A DNA stretch of 64,000 nucleotides from Candidatus Shapirobacteria bacterium (GCA_041665485.1 JBAYIT010000001.1:345399-409398), one strand, 5' to 3'; positions 8,044 to 17,485 are shown, counted from the first letter of the stretch. Made by a program: numbers and translations. Notes: generated from the letters alone by a model not told the origin.

Positions 8044-9233
8044 ATGATCTTATGAGTACTTTTGGACCAATATTAACTAAAGAAAGTTATCGGGTGGTGG
8101 CCGAAGTGGTGGAAAAGGTGATTGACGGGAGTAAATTAGAGGTACTTGTGGGATTACCGTATTCGGGGCGGTCCTTGATTTTGCGGCAAATGATGTACAA
8201 CCCGGAATTTTATAGTGAAGAATTTAAAAAGAAGGTAGAGAAAATAGTTGGAGTAGTGTTTGATATTCCCTCGGAGGCTGGTTTGGATGAGGTTTGGCAA
8301 AATAGTCCCTGGGGGAAAAAGATGGGAGGGAATTTTGAGGAGGCGGTTGAAAAAATAGTGAGTAGTGGTAAGCGATTAGTTTTAGCAATTAATTCAATTG
8401 ACACCTTGGGAGATAGTAAGGAAACTAGAAAAAATTGGAAGAAACTAATGGCAATTTATTATCGTCATCAGGCAGGTATTTCTTGGATAATTGGCCAAGG
8501 TTGGGAGGAGGTTGACGATGTGGCTGGTTGGCTTAGAGAAATGGATGGGTATTATCTAACCAATAAAAATTGGTTGCCAATGAGAACTTTAGAGGATATA
8601 AGCTTGTTTTTAAAAAATAGTAATAGTCAAAAACCAGAGACAGGGAAAATTTATGGTTTGAGTGGTGGATATTATTGTTTGGCAGAAAGGCTTAGAGAAA
8701 AACCGGAATTAGTTGATGCGCCGGTGGCGGTTAACGACGGAGTTATAGATCATTATTTGGGAATTTTATGGGAAAGTTGTGGCGAGAAAAGTCAACAGCA
8801 ATTATTAGATTTAATGCGGGGAAAGAGTAGTAATTTTAATGATTATTTGGCTAAAACTGGAGTGGTAAAAATAGAAGAGGGAAAGTGGAAATTATTTTCA
8901 CCGTTATTTTACGAGTGGCTAAAAAAGATGGTGGGAAGTAAGAGGCCAGAGATTGAGGAAAAGCTGGAAAAATTGTGGTTGGGAAGTAGTGATTTGAGCG
9001 AGGAGTTGAGTTATCAGGAGTATGAGGTATTGAAATTGCTGTGGCAAAAACAGGGTGAGGTGGTGGTGCGAAATGAGGTGGCCGAAGTGTTGTGGCCAAA
9101 TGATACGGAGGATAAATATTCCGATTGGGCGATTGACCAGGTAATGGCAAAAATTAGAAAAAAGCTTGGAGATGTAGGGGAAAATAGATTGATTAGGACA
9201 ATCAAGGGCAAGGGGATGATGCTAGAAAAATAG
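8040..9233 (+). CDS. P-loop NTPase-like domain fused to C-terminal OmpR/PhoB-type winged-helix DNA-binding domain (putative transcriptional regulator)
   Basis: C-terminus LSYQEYEVLKLLWQKQGEVVVRNEVAEVLWPND..DQVMAKIRKKLGD..LIRTIKGKGMML matches the trans_reg_C consensus (L.E..LL..L....G.V.SR..L...VW......D....I..LRKKL.....I.TVRG.GY). N-terminus has Walker-A-like GLPYSGRS and Walker-B-like LVLAINSID. Confidence 0.6.
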   Translation: MNDLMSTFGPILTKESYRVVAEVVEKVIDGSKLEVLVGLPYSGRSLILRQMMYNPEFYSEEFKKKVEKIVGVVFDIPSEAGLDEVWQNSPWGKKMGGNFEEAVEKIVSSGKRLVLAINSIDTLGDSKETRKNWKKLMAIYYRHQAGISWIIGQGWEEVDDVAGWLREMDGYYLTNKNWLPMRTLEDISLFLKNSNSQKPETGKIYGLSGGYYCLAERLREKPELVDAPVAVNDGVIDHYLGILWESCGEKSQQQLLDLMRGKSSNFNDYLAKTGVVKIEEGKWKLFSPLFYEWLKKMVGSKRPEIEEKLEKLWLGSSDLSEELSYQEYEVLKLLWQKQGEVVVRNEVAEVLWPNDTEDKYSDWAIDQVMAKIRKKLGDVGENRLIRTIKGKGMMLEK

Positions 9234-9310
9234 TCAGAATTGGGCAAAAAATAGTCAGGAAAGAGGCATTTAAGGTCAAGATGTTAATAATGTTATGGGA
9301 TATTATGGGG
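9232..9310 (+). promoter_or_regulatory. conserved upstream module C (3 x GTCAGGA at 21-bp phase + TTAAGG-N17-TTATGG)
   Basis: gtcag at 9233 and 9254, gtcaag at 9275. Immediately downstream of the regulator gene and upstream of ORF 9357. Confidence 0.55.
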
Positions 9311-9356
9311 GCATATGAAAAACATAGATAGAAGGTAATTTTTAAGATTTGCTACT

Positions 9357-9980
9357 TTGGCTGTGGTTGGCGCTGGAGTGGCGGCGTGTGCTCCTAGAGC
9401 CCCGGAAGTAGTTGACCCAAGCTGTTTAATTGAGTGGACTAAAAATGGCGAATGGATAGACGCTAGTAGGAAATTGGACAAGACAGAGTCAGTTTGGCCA
9501 GTAGACGGTTTGGTTGGTGGTGGTTGCCCGTGTACTCTAAGGGCTGGGGTGTTGCACGGAAGAGAGCTTGATGGGGATGAATTAAGGTTATTAGAAAAAA
9601 GTAAATATTATATTAATTTGGCAGATGGAGTAAATGTTGATGATGAAACGTATGAAAGTGGGCCAGATTTTAATGGAATATGGACAGGACAAGATGGTTA
9701 TATAAAGAAGGCGCATTTGATTGCGGTTCGTAAGCTGAACACTGCTACTGGGGAAATGACTTTGAGTGATTATGTCTTGTCTGTGGAAGAAGTGAATGGG
9801 CAAACCGGTGGTGGATATCATCGATTTAGTGTGCCTTTGGGCCGAGAAACAATGGTGATTGCAACCGTGACTGACAGTAATGGAAAAATGGGATTAACAA
9901 GTCGAGACAGATTGGTTGTGTGGAAAAATGGTAATGGAGGGATTGGTTTGTATCGACAGTCTTCGGGGTTTGGGCCCTAG
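9357..9980 (+). CDS. hypothetical protein (possible lipoprotein; start codon uncertain)
   Basis: TTG start. N-terminus AVVGAGVAAC resembles a lipobox but the signal peptide is too short. The in-frame upstream region is closed by a stop at 9336. Confidence 0.35.
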   Translation: MAVVGAGVAACAPRAPEVVDPSCLIEWTKNGEWIDASRKLDKTESVWPVDGLVGGGCPCTLRAGVLHGRELDGDELRLLEKSKYYINLADGVNVDDETYESGPDFNGIWTGQDGYIKKAHLIAVRKLNTATGEMTLSDYVLSVEEVNGQTGGGYHRFSVPLGRETMVIATVTDSNGKMGLTSRDRLVVWKNGNGGIGLYRQSSGFGP

Positions 9981-10010
9981 TGGGGGTGTATTTTGGTGAT
10001 AGAATTAAGT

Positions 10011-10733
10011 ATGAAAAAAATAATTGCAACGGTGGTGATGGTGTTAGCGATTATTTGGATTGTGCCGTTTCGGCTGATTAATTGGGGCAAGATTGCCTGG
10101 GTGCCGGCGGAAACGGTGACAGTGATGGGGGAGGCAAAGACAACGGTTAAAAATCAAATTGCCAGTTTTAATGCCGGGGTGGATGTGTTGAGTAATACCA
10201 AAGAGGAAGCGACTAAAGAAATTAATAGCAAAATGGAGGCGCTGGTGGTGGCGATGAAAGGTTTTGGAATCGGTGAGGCTGATATTAGAACTCAAAGCTT
10301 GAGTTATTACCAACAGGAAGAACCATATTGGGAAAATGGGGTGCAGAGATACAAAAAGGGCCAGTGGCGGGTTAGTAGTTCAATTGAGGTTAAATTGAGG
10401 GAGATTGACAGGGCGTCGGAATTGGCCGGAGTGCTGGCGGGAAGCGGAGCCAACAATGTTTATGGGCCAAATTTCCAGCTGGATGACACGACTGAAGCAG
10501 AGAAAGGGTTGTTTGAAGAGGCAGTTAAAAATGCCAAAGATAAGGCAGAGTTAGTGGCAACGGCTACTGGAAGGAAATTGGGGAAAGTATTAAGTGTGAG
10601 TGAAGGAGGAGCCAGTGGTGGGATTTACCCAGTATATGGAGCTAAAATGGCCGAGGGTGGAGGTGGAGCACCAATGGAGGCTGGAGCCGGGACGGTGTAC
10701 AAATCGGTGACGGTGGTGTTTGAACTCAAGTAG
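10011..10733 (+). CDS. SIMPL-domain (DUF541/BP26-like) protein
   Basis: N-terminal TM segment followed by conserved core resembling SIMPL/BP26 periplasmic proteins (GIGEADIRTQSLSYY ... GANNVYGPNF ... ATGRKLGKVLSV). ATG at 10011 preferred over TTG at 9993. Confidence 0.65.
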   Translation: MKKIIATVVMVLAIIWIVPFRLINWGKIAWVPAETVTVMGEAKTTVKNQIASFNAGVDVLSNTKEEATKEINSKMEALVVAMKGFGIGEADIRTQSLSYYQQEEPYWENGVQRYKKGQWRVSSSIEVKLREIDRASELAGVLAGSGANNVYGPNFQLDDTTEAEKGLFEEAVKNAKDKAELVATATGRKLGKVLSVSEGGASGGIYPVYGAKMAEGGGGAPMEAGAGTVYKSVTVVFELK

Positions 10734-10789
10734 TTCAAAAAGTCCAAAAAGTAGAAAGTCCAAAAAGTTTTGGTGGTAAAATTGGATTT

Positions 10790-10972
10790 ATGGATTTGCA
10801 AAAGAGGAAAAGGCTAGAGGAGGAGTTAGAGAAATATAAAGATAAGTTGAATCAATTGCAAAAGGACTGGGCCTCGAGCAAAGAGGGGAGTAGATATGGC
10901 AATGAATATTTGGAAACACAAGTGAAGGTGTATAAAGCAATGATTGAGGAAGTGGAGAGAGAACTAAAATAA
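10790..10972 (+). CDS. hypothetical small coiled-coil protein
   Basis: 60-aa charged helical ORF. No homology recognised. Confidence 0.3.
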   Translation: MDLQKRKRLEEELEKYKDKLNQLQKDWASSKEGSRYGNEYLETQVKVYKAMIEEVERELK

Positions 10973-11054
10973 ACTTCGTAAACCGTTAACCGTGATCCGT
11001 GAACCGTAAGAATCTACGAATATAGAATCTGGGGGGTGGTAAAATGAGATTTGA

Positions 11055-11894
11055 ATGACGGAATTTGACAAACAATACCAAGAGGTTTTGAGAGAGATTA
11101 TGGAGAGGGGGATTGAAGAGATTAACGAGCGGACGGGCCACAAAACCAAAATAATAACGGGTGTGAATCTGGTAATAAACAAGGGATTTCCGTTGTTAAC
11201 CTTAAGAAAAATACCGACTCGGATTTTTACGGCTGAACAAATTTGGTTTCAAATGGGGAGCCGACGGCCAGCGGAATTTTTAAATAAATACACCAAAATT
11301 TGGGATGATTTTACCAATATTGATGGGGTGGTGAGCGCGGCCTATGGCTATCGCTGGCGGCACCATTTTGGCCGGGACCAAATGGAAGGGTTAGTAGAAC
11401 TTTTGGAAAAACAGCCAAGTTCGCGGCACGGAGTGGTGATGACTTGGGATGCGGGAGATGATGGGTTAAATTCGAGTTTGGGAAAGAGAAATAAAAAGAA
11501 TGTGCCTTGCCCATTTTGTTTTGTGGTTAATATTGTGGGGGGAAAGTTAAATTTACACAACATTGTTAGAAGTAATGATATGGTGTTGGGGGCGCCAATG
11601 GATGCGGCCGGGTTTGGGTTGTTACAAAATATTTTGGCGGCCAGATTGGGGGTGGAGGTGGGAACATATATTCACACCATATCTCATGCTCATGTTTACG
11701 ATATTCATTACGAAGTGGCTAAAGAACTAATGGGGAGAAAAAATGATCATCCGGAAATAAAACTAGAGCCGAAAAAAAATTGGTATGATCGGTCTAAAGT
11801 AGGTGACGAAACTTTGGTTGATGAAATACTTGGGCAATTTGAAAAACAATATAATCCCGGTGAGCCAATTAAGGGAATTCAGATTGTGCTATGA
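11055..11894 (+). CDS. thyA: thymidylate synthase (ThyA family)
   Basis: GFPLLTLRKIP, IWFQMG, IWDDF and the catalytic-Cys region VPCPFCFVVN (compare PCHAFFQF) align with ThyA. Confidence 0.8.
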   Translation: MTEFDKQYQEVLREIMERGIEEINERTGHKTKIITGVNLVINKGFPLLTLRKIPTRIFTAEQIWFQMGSRRPAEFLNKYTKIWDDFTNIDGVVSAAYGYRWRHHFGRDQMEGLVELLEKQPSSRHGVVMTWDAGDDGLNSSLGKRNKKNVPCPFCFVVNIVGGKLNLHNIVRSNDMVLGAPMDAAGFGLLQNILAARLGVEVGTYIHTISHAHVYDIHYEVAKELMGRKNDHPEIKLEPKKNWYDRSKVGDETLVDEILGQFEKQYNPGEPIKGIQIVL

Positions 11895-12406
11895 AGAAAA
11901 TAATAGTTTGTGCCATGAGCTTGGATGGGAAAATTGCTAAAACATCGGCGGATAATTTGAGTTGGACAGGAAGCGATGACAAAAAATGGTTTGCCGGTGT
12001 GAGCCGGGAGGCGGGAGTAATAATTATGGGCAATAATGCTTTTAAACAAATAAATCGTCCGTTGTCGGGGCGGTTGATTAAAGTGATGGTGTTGCCCGGA
12101 GAGGAGGGCGAGAATATTGAAGGTCAAGTGGAATATACTTCAAAAAAACCAGCAGAAGTAATTGAGGAATTAGAGACGAGAGGTTACAAACAAGTGGTGA
12201 TTGGCGGCGGGGCAATGATAAACACTTTATATTTGGAGGCGAATTTAGTGGATGAAATGTGGCTGTCGGTGATTCCGATGGTGCTGGGGTCAGGAATCGG
12301 GCTGTTTAGAAACGATGTTGATTTGGAAAAGGAGCTAGAACTAATTAGTAGTGAAAAGTTGGGCGAAAAGGGACTGGTTTTGAAATACAAACTACTTTTT
12401 GTATAA
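11891..12406 (+). CDS. dihydrofolate reductase family protein (RibD C-terminal-like)
   Basis: MKKIIVCAMSLDGKIA N-terminus is typical of the RibD_C/DHFR-like fold. Start overlaps the thyA stop (ATGA), suggesting a thyA-folA-like coupling. Confidence 0.6.
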   Translation: MKKIIVCAMSLDGKIAKTSADNLSWTGSDDKKWFAGVSREAGVIIMGNNAFKQINRPLSGRLIKVMVLPGEEGENIEGQVEYTSKKPAEVIEELETRGYKQVVIGGGAMINTLYLEANLVDEMWLSVIPMVLGSGIGLFRNDVDLEKELELISSEKLGEKGLVLKYKLLFV

Positions 12407-12835
12407 GGCAACGGAATCTTCTCGCAAATAGACATTGGCAATTCGAGCTTCAATCATTTTGTTCCAACAGTCTTCACAACACCACCAGTGGCCGTCGAGA
12501 TAGAGATCGGCATTGGTAGTATCAAAACCATTTTGTTTAGCATCGGCAATGGCAGTGACTTCGGCATGGCCGATTTGATGACAAATTTCTCTACATAAGT
12601 GATAGCCCTCACCGGTTTTGAAACCTTGTTGGTCGCGAGGACAAACCTTAACTTTTATACCAGCATTAGTGCCTCGGCCAATAACTTGGCCATCTTTAAC
12701 AATGACAGCACTGGTGGCTTGTTTGCAACAACCACTGTGTTGAAGACCTTCGGAGGCGGTGAACATAAATTGATTATTGGCGGGAACGTAGAGAATAGTC
12801 CGGCCTGGTGGCAAATAGGGGTATTCGATGGTCAT
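12392..12835 (-). CDS. dCMP deaminase (cytidine/deoxycytidylate deaminase family)
   Basis: Zinc-binding HAEVTAI and a second-half PCxxC equivalent (WCCEDC) are typical of deoxycytidylate deaminase. Confidence 0.8.
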   Translation of the reverse strand: MTIEYPYLPPGRTILYVPANNQFMFTASEGLQHSGCCKQATSAVIVKDGQVIGRGTNAGIKVKVCPRDQQGFKTGEGYHLCREICHQIGHAEVTAIADAKQNGFDTTNADLYLDGHWWCCEDCWNKMIEARIANVYLREDSVALYKK

Positions 12836-13197
12836 TTAATATTGATTGCTTTATCGATTGTATTTATCAGGTCAGTGCTTGAAGAGTAGGTAAGAATCTG
12901 TTGGGAAACTGAAGAGACAGAACTCGAAGGTGGAGAGGTAGGTTTATGAAGGCAGATAATGGGTACATTAAGATCGTAAGCCCAGCCAAGCTCGATACCA
13001 AGGCCGGTTGAAGGAAAAGAGACTTCGGCAACTAATAACTGGCAAGTTTTAATGATATCTCGGGAAAATTCGGTGGTTCTAGTTGCGTCATGAGGAAAAA
13101 CAAATTGATGTTGACTTGATAGGTGAGAATTTTTAATGGGAAGGTAAAGTTCATTTTGAAAATCGAAGAGGCGAGAATGAGCGATGTAAATTTTCAT
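12832..13197 (-). CDS. nucleoside 2-deoxyribosyltransferase-like protein
   Basis: MKIYIAHS N-terminus and GLGIELGWAYDLNVPIICL resemble the NDT/Rcl family (KIYLAGP ... G.A.ELG.A.A.GKPV). Sits in the deoxynucleotide cluster. Confidence 0.45.
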   Translation of the reverse strand: MKIYIAHSRLFDFQNELYLPIKNSHLSSQHQFVFPHDATRTTEFSRDIIKTCQLLVAEVSFPSTGLGIELGWAYDLNVPIICLHKPTSPPSSSVSSVSQQILTYSSSTDLINTIDKAINIK

Positions 13198-13221
13198 TTG
13201 AGTTATGTTACTATATTTCCA

Positions 13222-13857
13222 ATGTCAGTGCTAACGAGAAATGAAATTTTGGATTTGTTGAAAAAAGAAAAGTTAAAATTCGCCCCAGAGTTAGATCAAT
13301 TTCAGTTACAAGGGCATTCGATTGACCTGAGGCTTGGCTATTCTTTTATGGTGCCAAGAGTGTGGGAGCTGGTGTCGGAGGGGAGGGTGGCGCTAAATAT
13401 TGACCGCTTTAAAAGTGATAAAAAAAGTTTTGAAATAATTGAGCTTGAAGAGGGGCAGTATTTTGAAATTTTGCCGGGGGAACACGTGATTGTGTCGACT
13501 TTAGAGAAAATTACTTTACCAACAACGGTGATGGGGGTGTTGTACCCCCGGTCGTCGGTGAATCGAAGAGGGTTGTCGCTTGATTTAACAGGAATTGTGG
13601 ATGCTGGTTATGAGGGAACTTTGGTGGTGCCGGTGCGAAATACAACTGGAAGCCAAGTGATTCGGGTGTATCCCGGGGAGAGATTTTGCCAGATTGTGTT
13701 GCATCCGTTGATGTCAGAAGTAAAAATGGAGCAGTCGAGGTGGCACAATCGGGACACGACGGTGGAAGTGTTGCCAGAGAGGAACACCAGTGAAATGGAT
13801 TTATTGGAAAAAGGGGATTTGAGGAAATTAAAACAGGATTTTAAGCTGGAATTTTAA
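13222..13857 (+). CDS. dcd: dCTP deaminase (dUTPase superfamily)
   Basis: SIDLRLG, ILPGEHVIVSTLEKITLP, RSSVNRRGL and GIVDAGYEGTL fit Dcd. ATG at 13222 chosen to avoid overlap with the convergent upstream gene. Confidence 0.8.
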   Translation: MSVLTRNEILDLLKKEKLKFAPELDQFQLQGHSIDLRLGYSFMVPRVWELVSEGRVALNIDRFKSDKKSFEIIELEEGQYFEILPGEHVIVSTLEKITLPTTVMGVLYPRSSVNRRGLSLDLTGIVDAGYEGTLVVPVRNTTGSQVIRVYPGERFCQIVLHPLMSEVKMEQSRWHNRDTTVEVLPERNTSEMDLLEKGDLRKLKQDFKLEF

Positions 13858-13858
13858 A

Positions 13859-14287
13859 ATGAGTCGAGTATTTGGAACCCGTGAGGCTGTGTTAGGGGCA
13901 GGTTTAATAAGTGTTCATTTTGAAGTAATGAATCAGATTTGTGGTGGCAACTACTTGTTAATGAAACCAGGCGGTGATTGTCACTCGATGGTGGGGGGAG
14001 TGAGGACAGCAATTGGTTTATTGTATGATGGCGCTTTTGTGGTAGAGAACGGGAGTGGGTATGAGGCGGTTTGTGGTCGATGCGGGGCGAGATTTAATCT
14101 GGAAAAAATAGAAAAGGGAGATTGTTTTAGAGGGCCATTGGGTTTGAGAGAATCTCTGGTGTGTGGTGTTTTGGGTTGCCCAAAAACAAGATGTTATTGG
14201 TATTGGGAGGTGGCCAATAGGAGAGATCTTAATTTTGCAGACTGGATACCAAATGGTGTGATGGAGGGTGGTAGACCTAGGACTTAA
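13859..14287 (+). CDS. hypothetical Cys-rich protein
   Basis: 142-aa ORF with several Cys pairs (CGGNY..CHS, CGRCGARF, CGVLGCPKTRC). Lies between dcd and tmk. Confidence 0.4.
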   Translation: MSRVFGTREAVLGAGLISVHFEVMNQICGGNYLLMKPGGDCHSMVGGVRTAIGLLYDGAFVVENGSGYEAVCGRCGARFNLEKIEKGDCFRGPLGLRESLVCGVLGCPKTRCYWYWEVANRRDLNFADWIPNGVMEGGRPRT

Positions 14288-14313
14288 GAAAAAATGTGAG
14301 ATAATGGGGTTAT

Positions 14314-15015
14314 ATGACGGGTGGAGTTGAAAGGGGTAAATTGTTGGTAACTGAAGGTATTGATGGAAGTGGTAAGTCCCTTCAGACCGATTTGTTAGTG
14401 GGGAAGTTAAGGTCTATTGGTTTGACGGTATATGTGGATGATTACCCGAGATATGAAACATCTTTTTGGGGACGTCATGTTGGAAGAATGTTAAAGGGAG
14501 ATTTTGGTGATCCAATGAAAATTGATCCTAGTCTGACTTGTTTACCATATTTATTGGATGAAGCTGATGGCAGTCGCGCAAACGAGGCTAGGTTGCAGAA
14601 TGGGGTTTGGGTAGTAAGTAATCGATATTTTACTTCTAATATCCATCAAATAGCCAAATTACCTGTAGCAGAAAGGGAAGAGTATGCGAGGTGGTTGTGG
14701 CAGGCGGGGTATGGAGAATTGGGAATTTTGCGGCCAGATTTGGTAACAGTTTTGTTGGTTGATCCTTTGGTTTGTCGCGAGAATATAGGGAAAAAGGCAG
14801 AGAGAAAATATACTGGTGGAGAAGTGTTAGACTATGCCGAGAAAGATTTTGGACATCAGATGGTGGCGGCAGAGGAGTATCGAAGGATGGTGGACAAAAA
14901 CCCTGATTGGTGGGTAGCGATCGAATGTTGTGTTGAAGGAAAGTTACTAACTCCGGAACAAATCCACGAGATGGTGTGGGGAGAGATAGAGGCCAGGAAT
15001 ATTTTAAAGGGTTGA
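14314..15015 (+). CDS. tmk: thymidylate kinase
   Basis: P-loop LLVTEGIDGSGKS matches the Tmk consensus FIVFEGIDGAGKST. Size fits. Confidence 0.8.
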   Translation: MTGGVERGKLLVTEGIDGSGKSLQTDLLVGKLRSIGLTVYVDDYPRYETSFWGRHVGRMLKGDFGDPMKIDPSLTCLPYLLDEADGSRANEARLQNGVWVVSNRYFTSNIHQIAKLPVAEREEYARWLWQAGYGELGILRPDLVTVLLVDPLVCRENIGKKAERKYTGGEVLDYAEKDFGHQMVAAEEYRRMVDKNPDWWVAIECCVEGKLLTPEQIHEMVWGEIEARNILKG

Positions 15016-15046
15016 TTTGAGGGGGAAATTGGGGTAAAAGTGGGGT

Positions 15047-16324
15047 GTGGAAAACAGAGAGACAAAAATGGGTGATGTTTTACGGGAGATTGTTTTTCAG
15101 AGCGACTGGTCTTTGTTGCCAAGAGTGAGAGAGAGTTGGTCTTGTGGGAAAGAATTGGGGACATTGGAAGCAAAAGAGGTGGCGATAAGACTGGCGGCGG
15201 TGGTTGGAGCAGTGAGATGTTATGATGGGTCTACTGATTGTTCAAAGCTCGATAAGTTGAGAGATTTTGTGTACAGAGAGTGGGATCCGTTTATCTTTGG
15301 AGAAAATGTTTTGATTGACTTTTATTCAACTGTCTTAAGAGGAGAGGAAGAAAGTGTCACTGATTTTACGGTTGGGGAATGGGTCGTCAGGGATTGGGAG
15401 GTGGCAAAACCAATGACAGCAAGATGCGACTTTTCGAAAAAGATTATCGAAATGGTTAATGAACATGGATACACGAGAATATTGTTTGAGTTGTCGGGAA
15501 TTAACGATGTGCTGGCAAGAATGGCTGGTTTCAAATTTTTAGGTGTATTAGAACCGGAAAAAGACTGGAGTTCATTTGTCTCCCGCTTAGGTTTAGGAAG
15601 GAATTATGTTTTTGACAAGTTAAAATTGGTAGCAGACGAGTTGAGTAAAAGAGTAGATGGCCATGAGATGCATTTAACTGATAGAGAATGGCTTAAGGAA
15701 ATGGTGACTAAAATGGATGAAGGTTGGAATGATTTTGTTTGGCAGAGATTATTGACTGAAGGTAGTCGGCCTAGAGCAGAAGTGGCGGGGTGGACTAAAG
15801 GAAAAACGAGAGAAGAAAAGATGGCAATCTGGAAACAGTCTGGATTTTGGGAGAAACTGACTGATTCGGAAAGGGTGGTGTTGGTGGCAGTGTCAGAAAT
15901 TACTGGACAACTGAAAAATGATCGACAGTTGGCAGAAGAATTGGCTATTGGATATACGACTTTTAAGGCAACATTGGGGCGTGTTTTAGCTGTAGGTAAA
16001 GGTGAAGAAGACAGGGTGGTGGGAACTGATCGTTACCCGTTTGCCAGAAAGACGGATTTCCCTTTGTCTTTAATTTTGTTGTCTAGAGATTGTAAGCCGG
16101 AGTGGCTTAAGGAAAAACTTGACCCTCTCCATTGGGAAATTTGGGAGTTTGTAACTACATCGGTTAGAGGTGGTTATTATCATACTTGGAAAGAAGTGGA
16201 AATGAAATTTGGAGATAGGTGTAACCTCTATTGCTATACGAAGATTTTGACAGAGAAGGTGAGAAAAATAATGGAGGAAAACGGAGTGACAGTGACCAGA
16301 CAGAAGAATTTTAGAGTAAAATAA
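15047..16324 (+). CDS. hypothetical protein with sigma-70 region-4-like HTH
   Basis: 425-aa ORF. Segment LTDSERVVLVAVSEITGQLKNDRQLAEELAIGYTTFKATLGRV resembles a region-4/LuxR-type HTH. Confidence 0.4.
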   Translation: MENRETKMGDVLREIVFQSDWSLLPRVRESWSCGKELGTLEAKEVAIRLAAVVGAVRCYDGSTDCSKLDKLRDFVYREWDPFIFGENVLIDFYSTVLRGEEESVTDFTVGEWVVRDWEVAKPMTARCDFSKKIIEMVNEHGYTRILFELSGINDVLARMAGFKFLGVLEPEKDWSSFVSRLGLGRNYVFDKLKLVADELSKRVDGHEMHLTDREWLKEMVTKMDEGWNDFVWQRLLTEGSRPRAEVAGWTKGKTREEKMAIWKQSGFWEKLTDSERVVLVAVSEITGQLKNDRQLAEELAIGYTTFKATLGRVLAVGKGEEDRVVGTDRYPFARKTDFPLSLILLSRDCKPEWLKEKLDPLHWEIWEFVTTSVRGGYYHTWKEVEMKFGDRCNLYCYTKILTEKVRKIMEENGVTVTRQKNFRVK

Positions 16325-16327
16325 ACT

Positions 16328-17485
16328 ATGGATAAGATATTTGAATTAATTAAAAAAGAAGAAGAAAGGCAGAGGGAGGAGATAAGTTTAATACCGAGTG
16401 AAAACTTTGTTTCTGAGGCGGTTAAACGGGCATTAGGGAGTGATTTGACCAATAAATATGCCGAAGGGTACCCTGGGAAACGTTATTATCAGGGAAATAA
16501 AGTGTGTGATGAAATTGAGAGTTTAGCAATAGAGCGGGGGAAGAAATTATTGGGAGTGGAATATTTAAATGTTCAGCCGTATTCGGGCAGTCCGGCCAAC
16601 AGTGCCGTTCAGATGGCCTTGCTGGAAAGGGGTGATAAAATTTGCGGTTTGAAATTATCGGCGGGAGGCCACTTAACTCACGGCCACCCTAACATTACTT
16701 TTTCAGGGAAGTACTTCGACTCCGTTCAGTATGATGTGGAGGAGGACGGGCGGATTGATTACGACAAACTAAAAGAGCTCGTTTTAAGGGAAAAACCGAA
16801 GTTAATTATGGCGGGGACAACAGCTTACCCCTGGATTTTAGACTGGCAAAAGTTTAGTGAGATTGCTGATTTAGTGGGGGCGTGGCTAGTGGCTGATATC
16901 TCCCATGTGGTGGGATTAATCGTTGGTGGAGTTCATCCAAGTCCAGTTCCATTTGTGGATATTATTACGTCGACTACACACAAAACCTTACGGGGGCCGA
17001 GAGGGGCGGTGATTGGAGTGACTAAGAAAGGTTTAGGTAAAGATAGTGAACTAAACAAGAGGATAGACCGAGCAGTTTTCCCCGGTTTACAGGGTGGACC
17101 GCATATGAATAATATTGGTGCTATGGCGGTGGCTTTCGAGGAAGCGAGCACACCTGAGTATAAAATTTATACAAAGCAAGTGATAAGTAATGCCTACACA
17201 TTGACGGAAACACTAAAAAAACAGGGATTAAAAGTATTTGGGACGGAGAATCATTTGATGGTGGTTGATGTTGGTGAGGGTAGAGGTAAGGAGATAGCGG
17301 TGAAGTTAGAAGAGGAGGGGATAATTGTTAATGCTAATACGATTCCGCACGATAAAGCAGGCCCGCTTAAGCCGTCAGGAATTAGGATTGGTAGTCCGGC
17401 AATGACAACACTGGGCTGGAAGGAAAAAGAGTTTGAGGAAATCGGGGAGAAGATTGCGAGAGTGCTCGGAAAGATGGCTGGCTAA
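16328..17485 (+). CDS. glyA: serine hydroxymethyltransferase
   Basis: LIPSENFVS, YAEGYPGKRYYQG, SAGGHLTHGH and THKTLRGPRGA are canonical SHMT motifs. Confidence 0.9.
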   Translation: MDKIFELIKKEEERQREEISLIPSENFVSEAVKRALGSDLTNKYAEGYPGKRYYQGNKVCDEIESLAIERGKKLLGVEYLNVQPYSGSPANSAVQMALLERGDKICGLKLSAGGHLTHGHPNITFSGKYFDSVQYDVEEDGRIDYDKLKELVLREKPKLIMAGTTAYPWILDWQKFSEIADLVGAWLVADISHVVGLIVGGVHPSPVPFVDIITSTTHKTLRGPRGAVIGVTKKGLGKDSELNKRIDRAVFPGLQGGPHMNNIGAMAVAFEEASTPEYKIYTKQVISNAYTLTETLKKQGLKVFGTENHLMVVDVGEGRGKEIAVKLEEEGIIVNANTIPHDKAGPLKPSGIRIGSPAMTTLGWKEKEFEEIGEKIARVLGKMAG

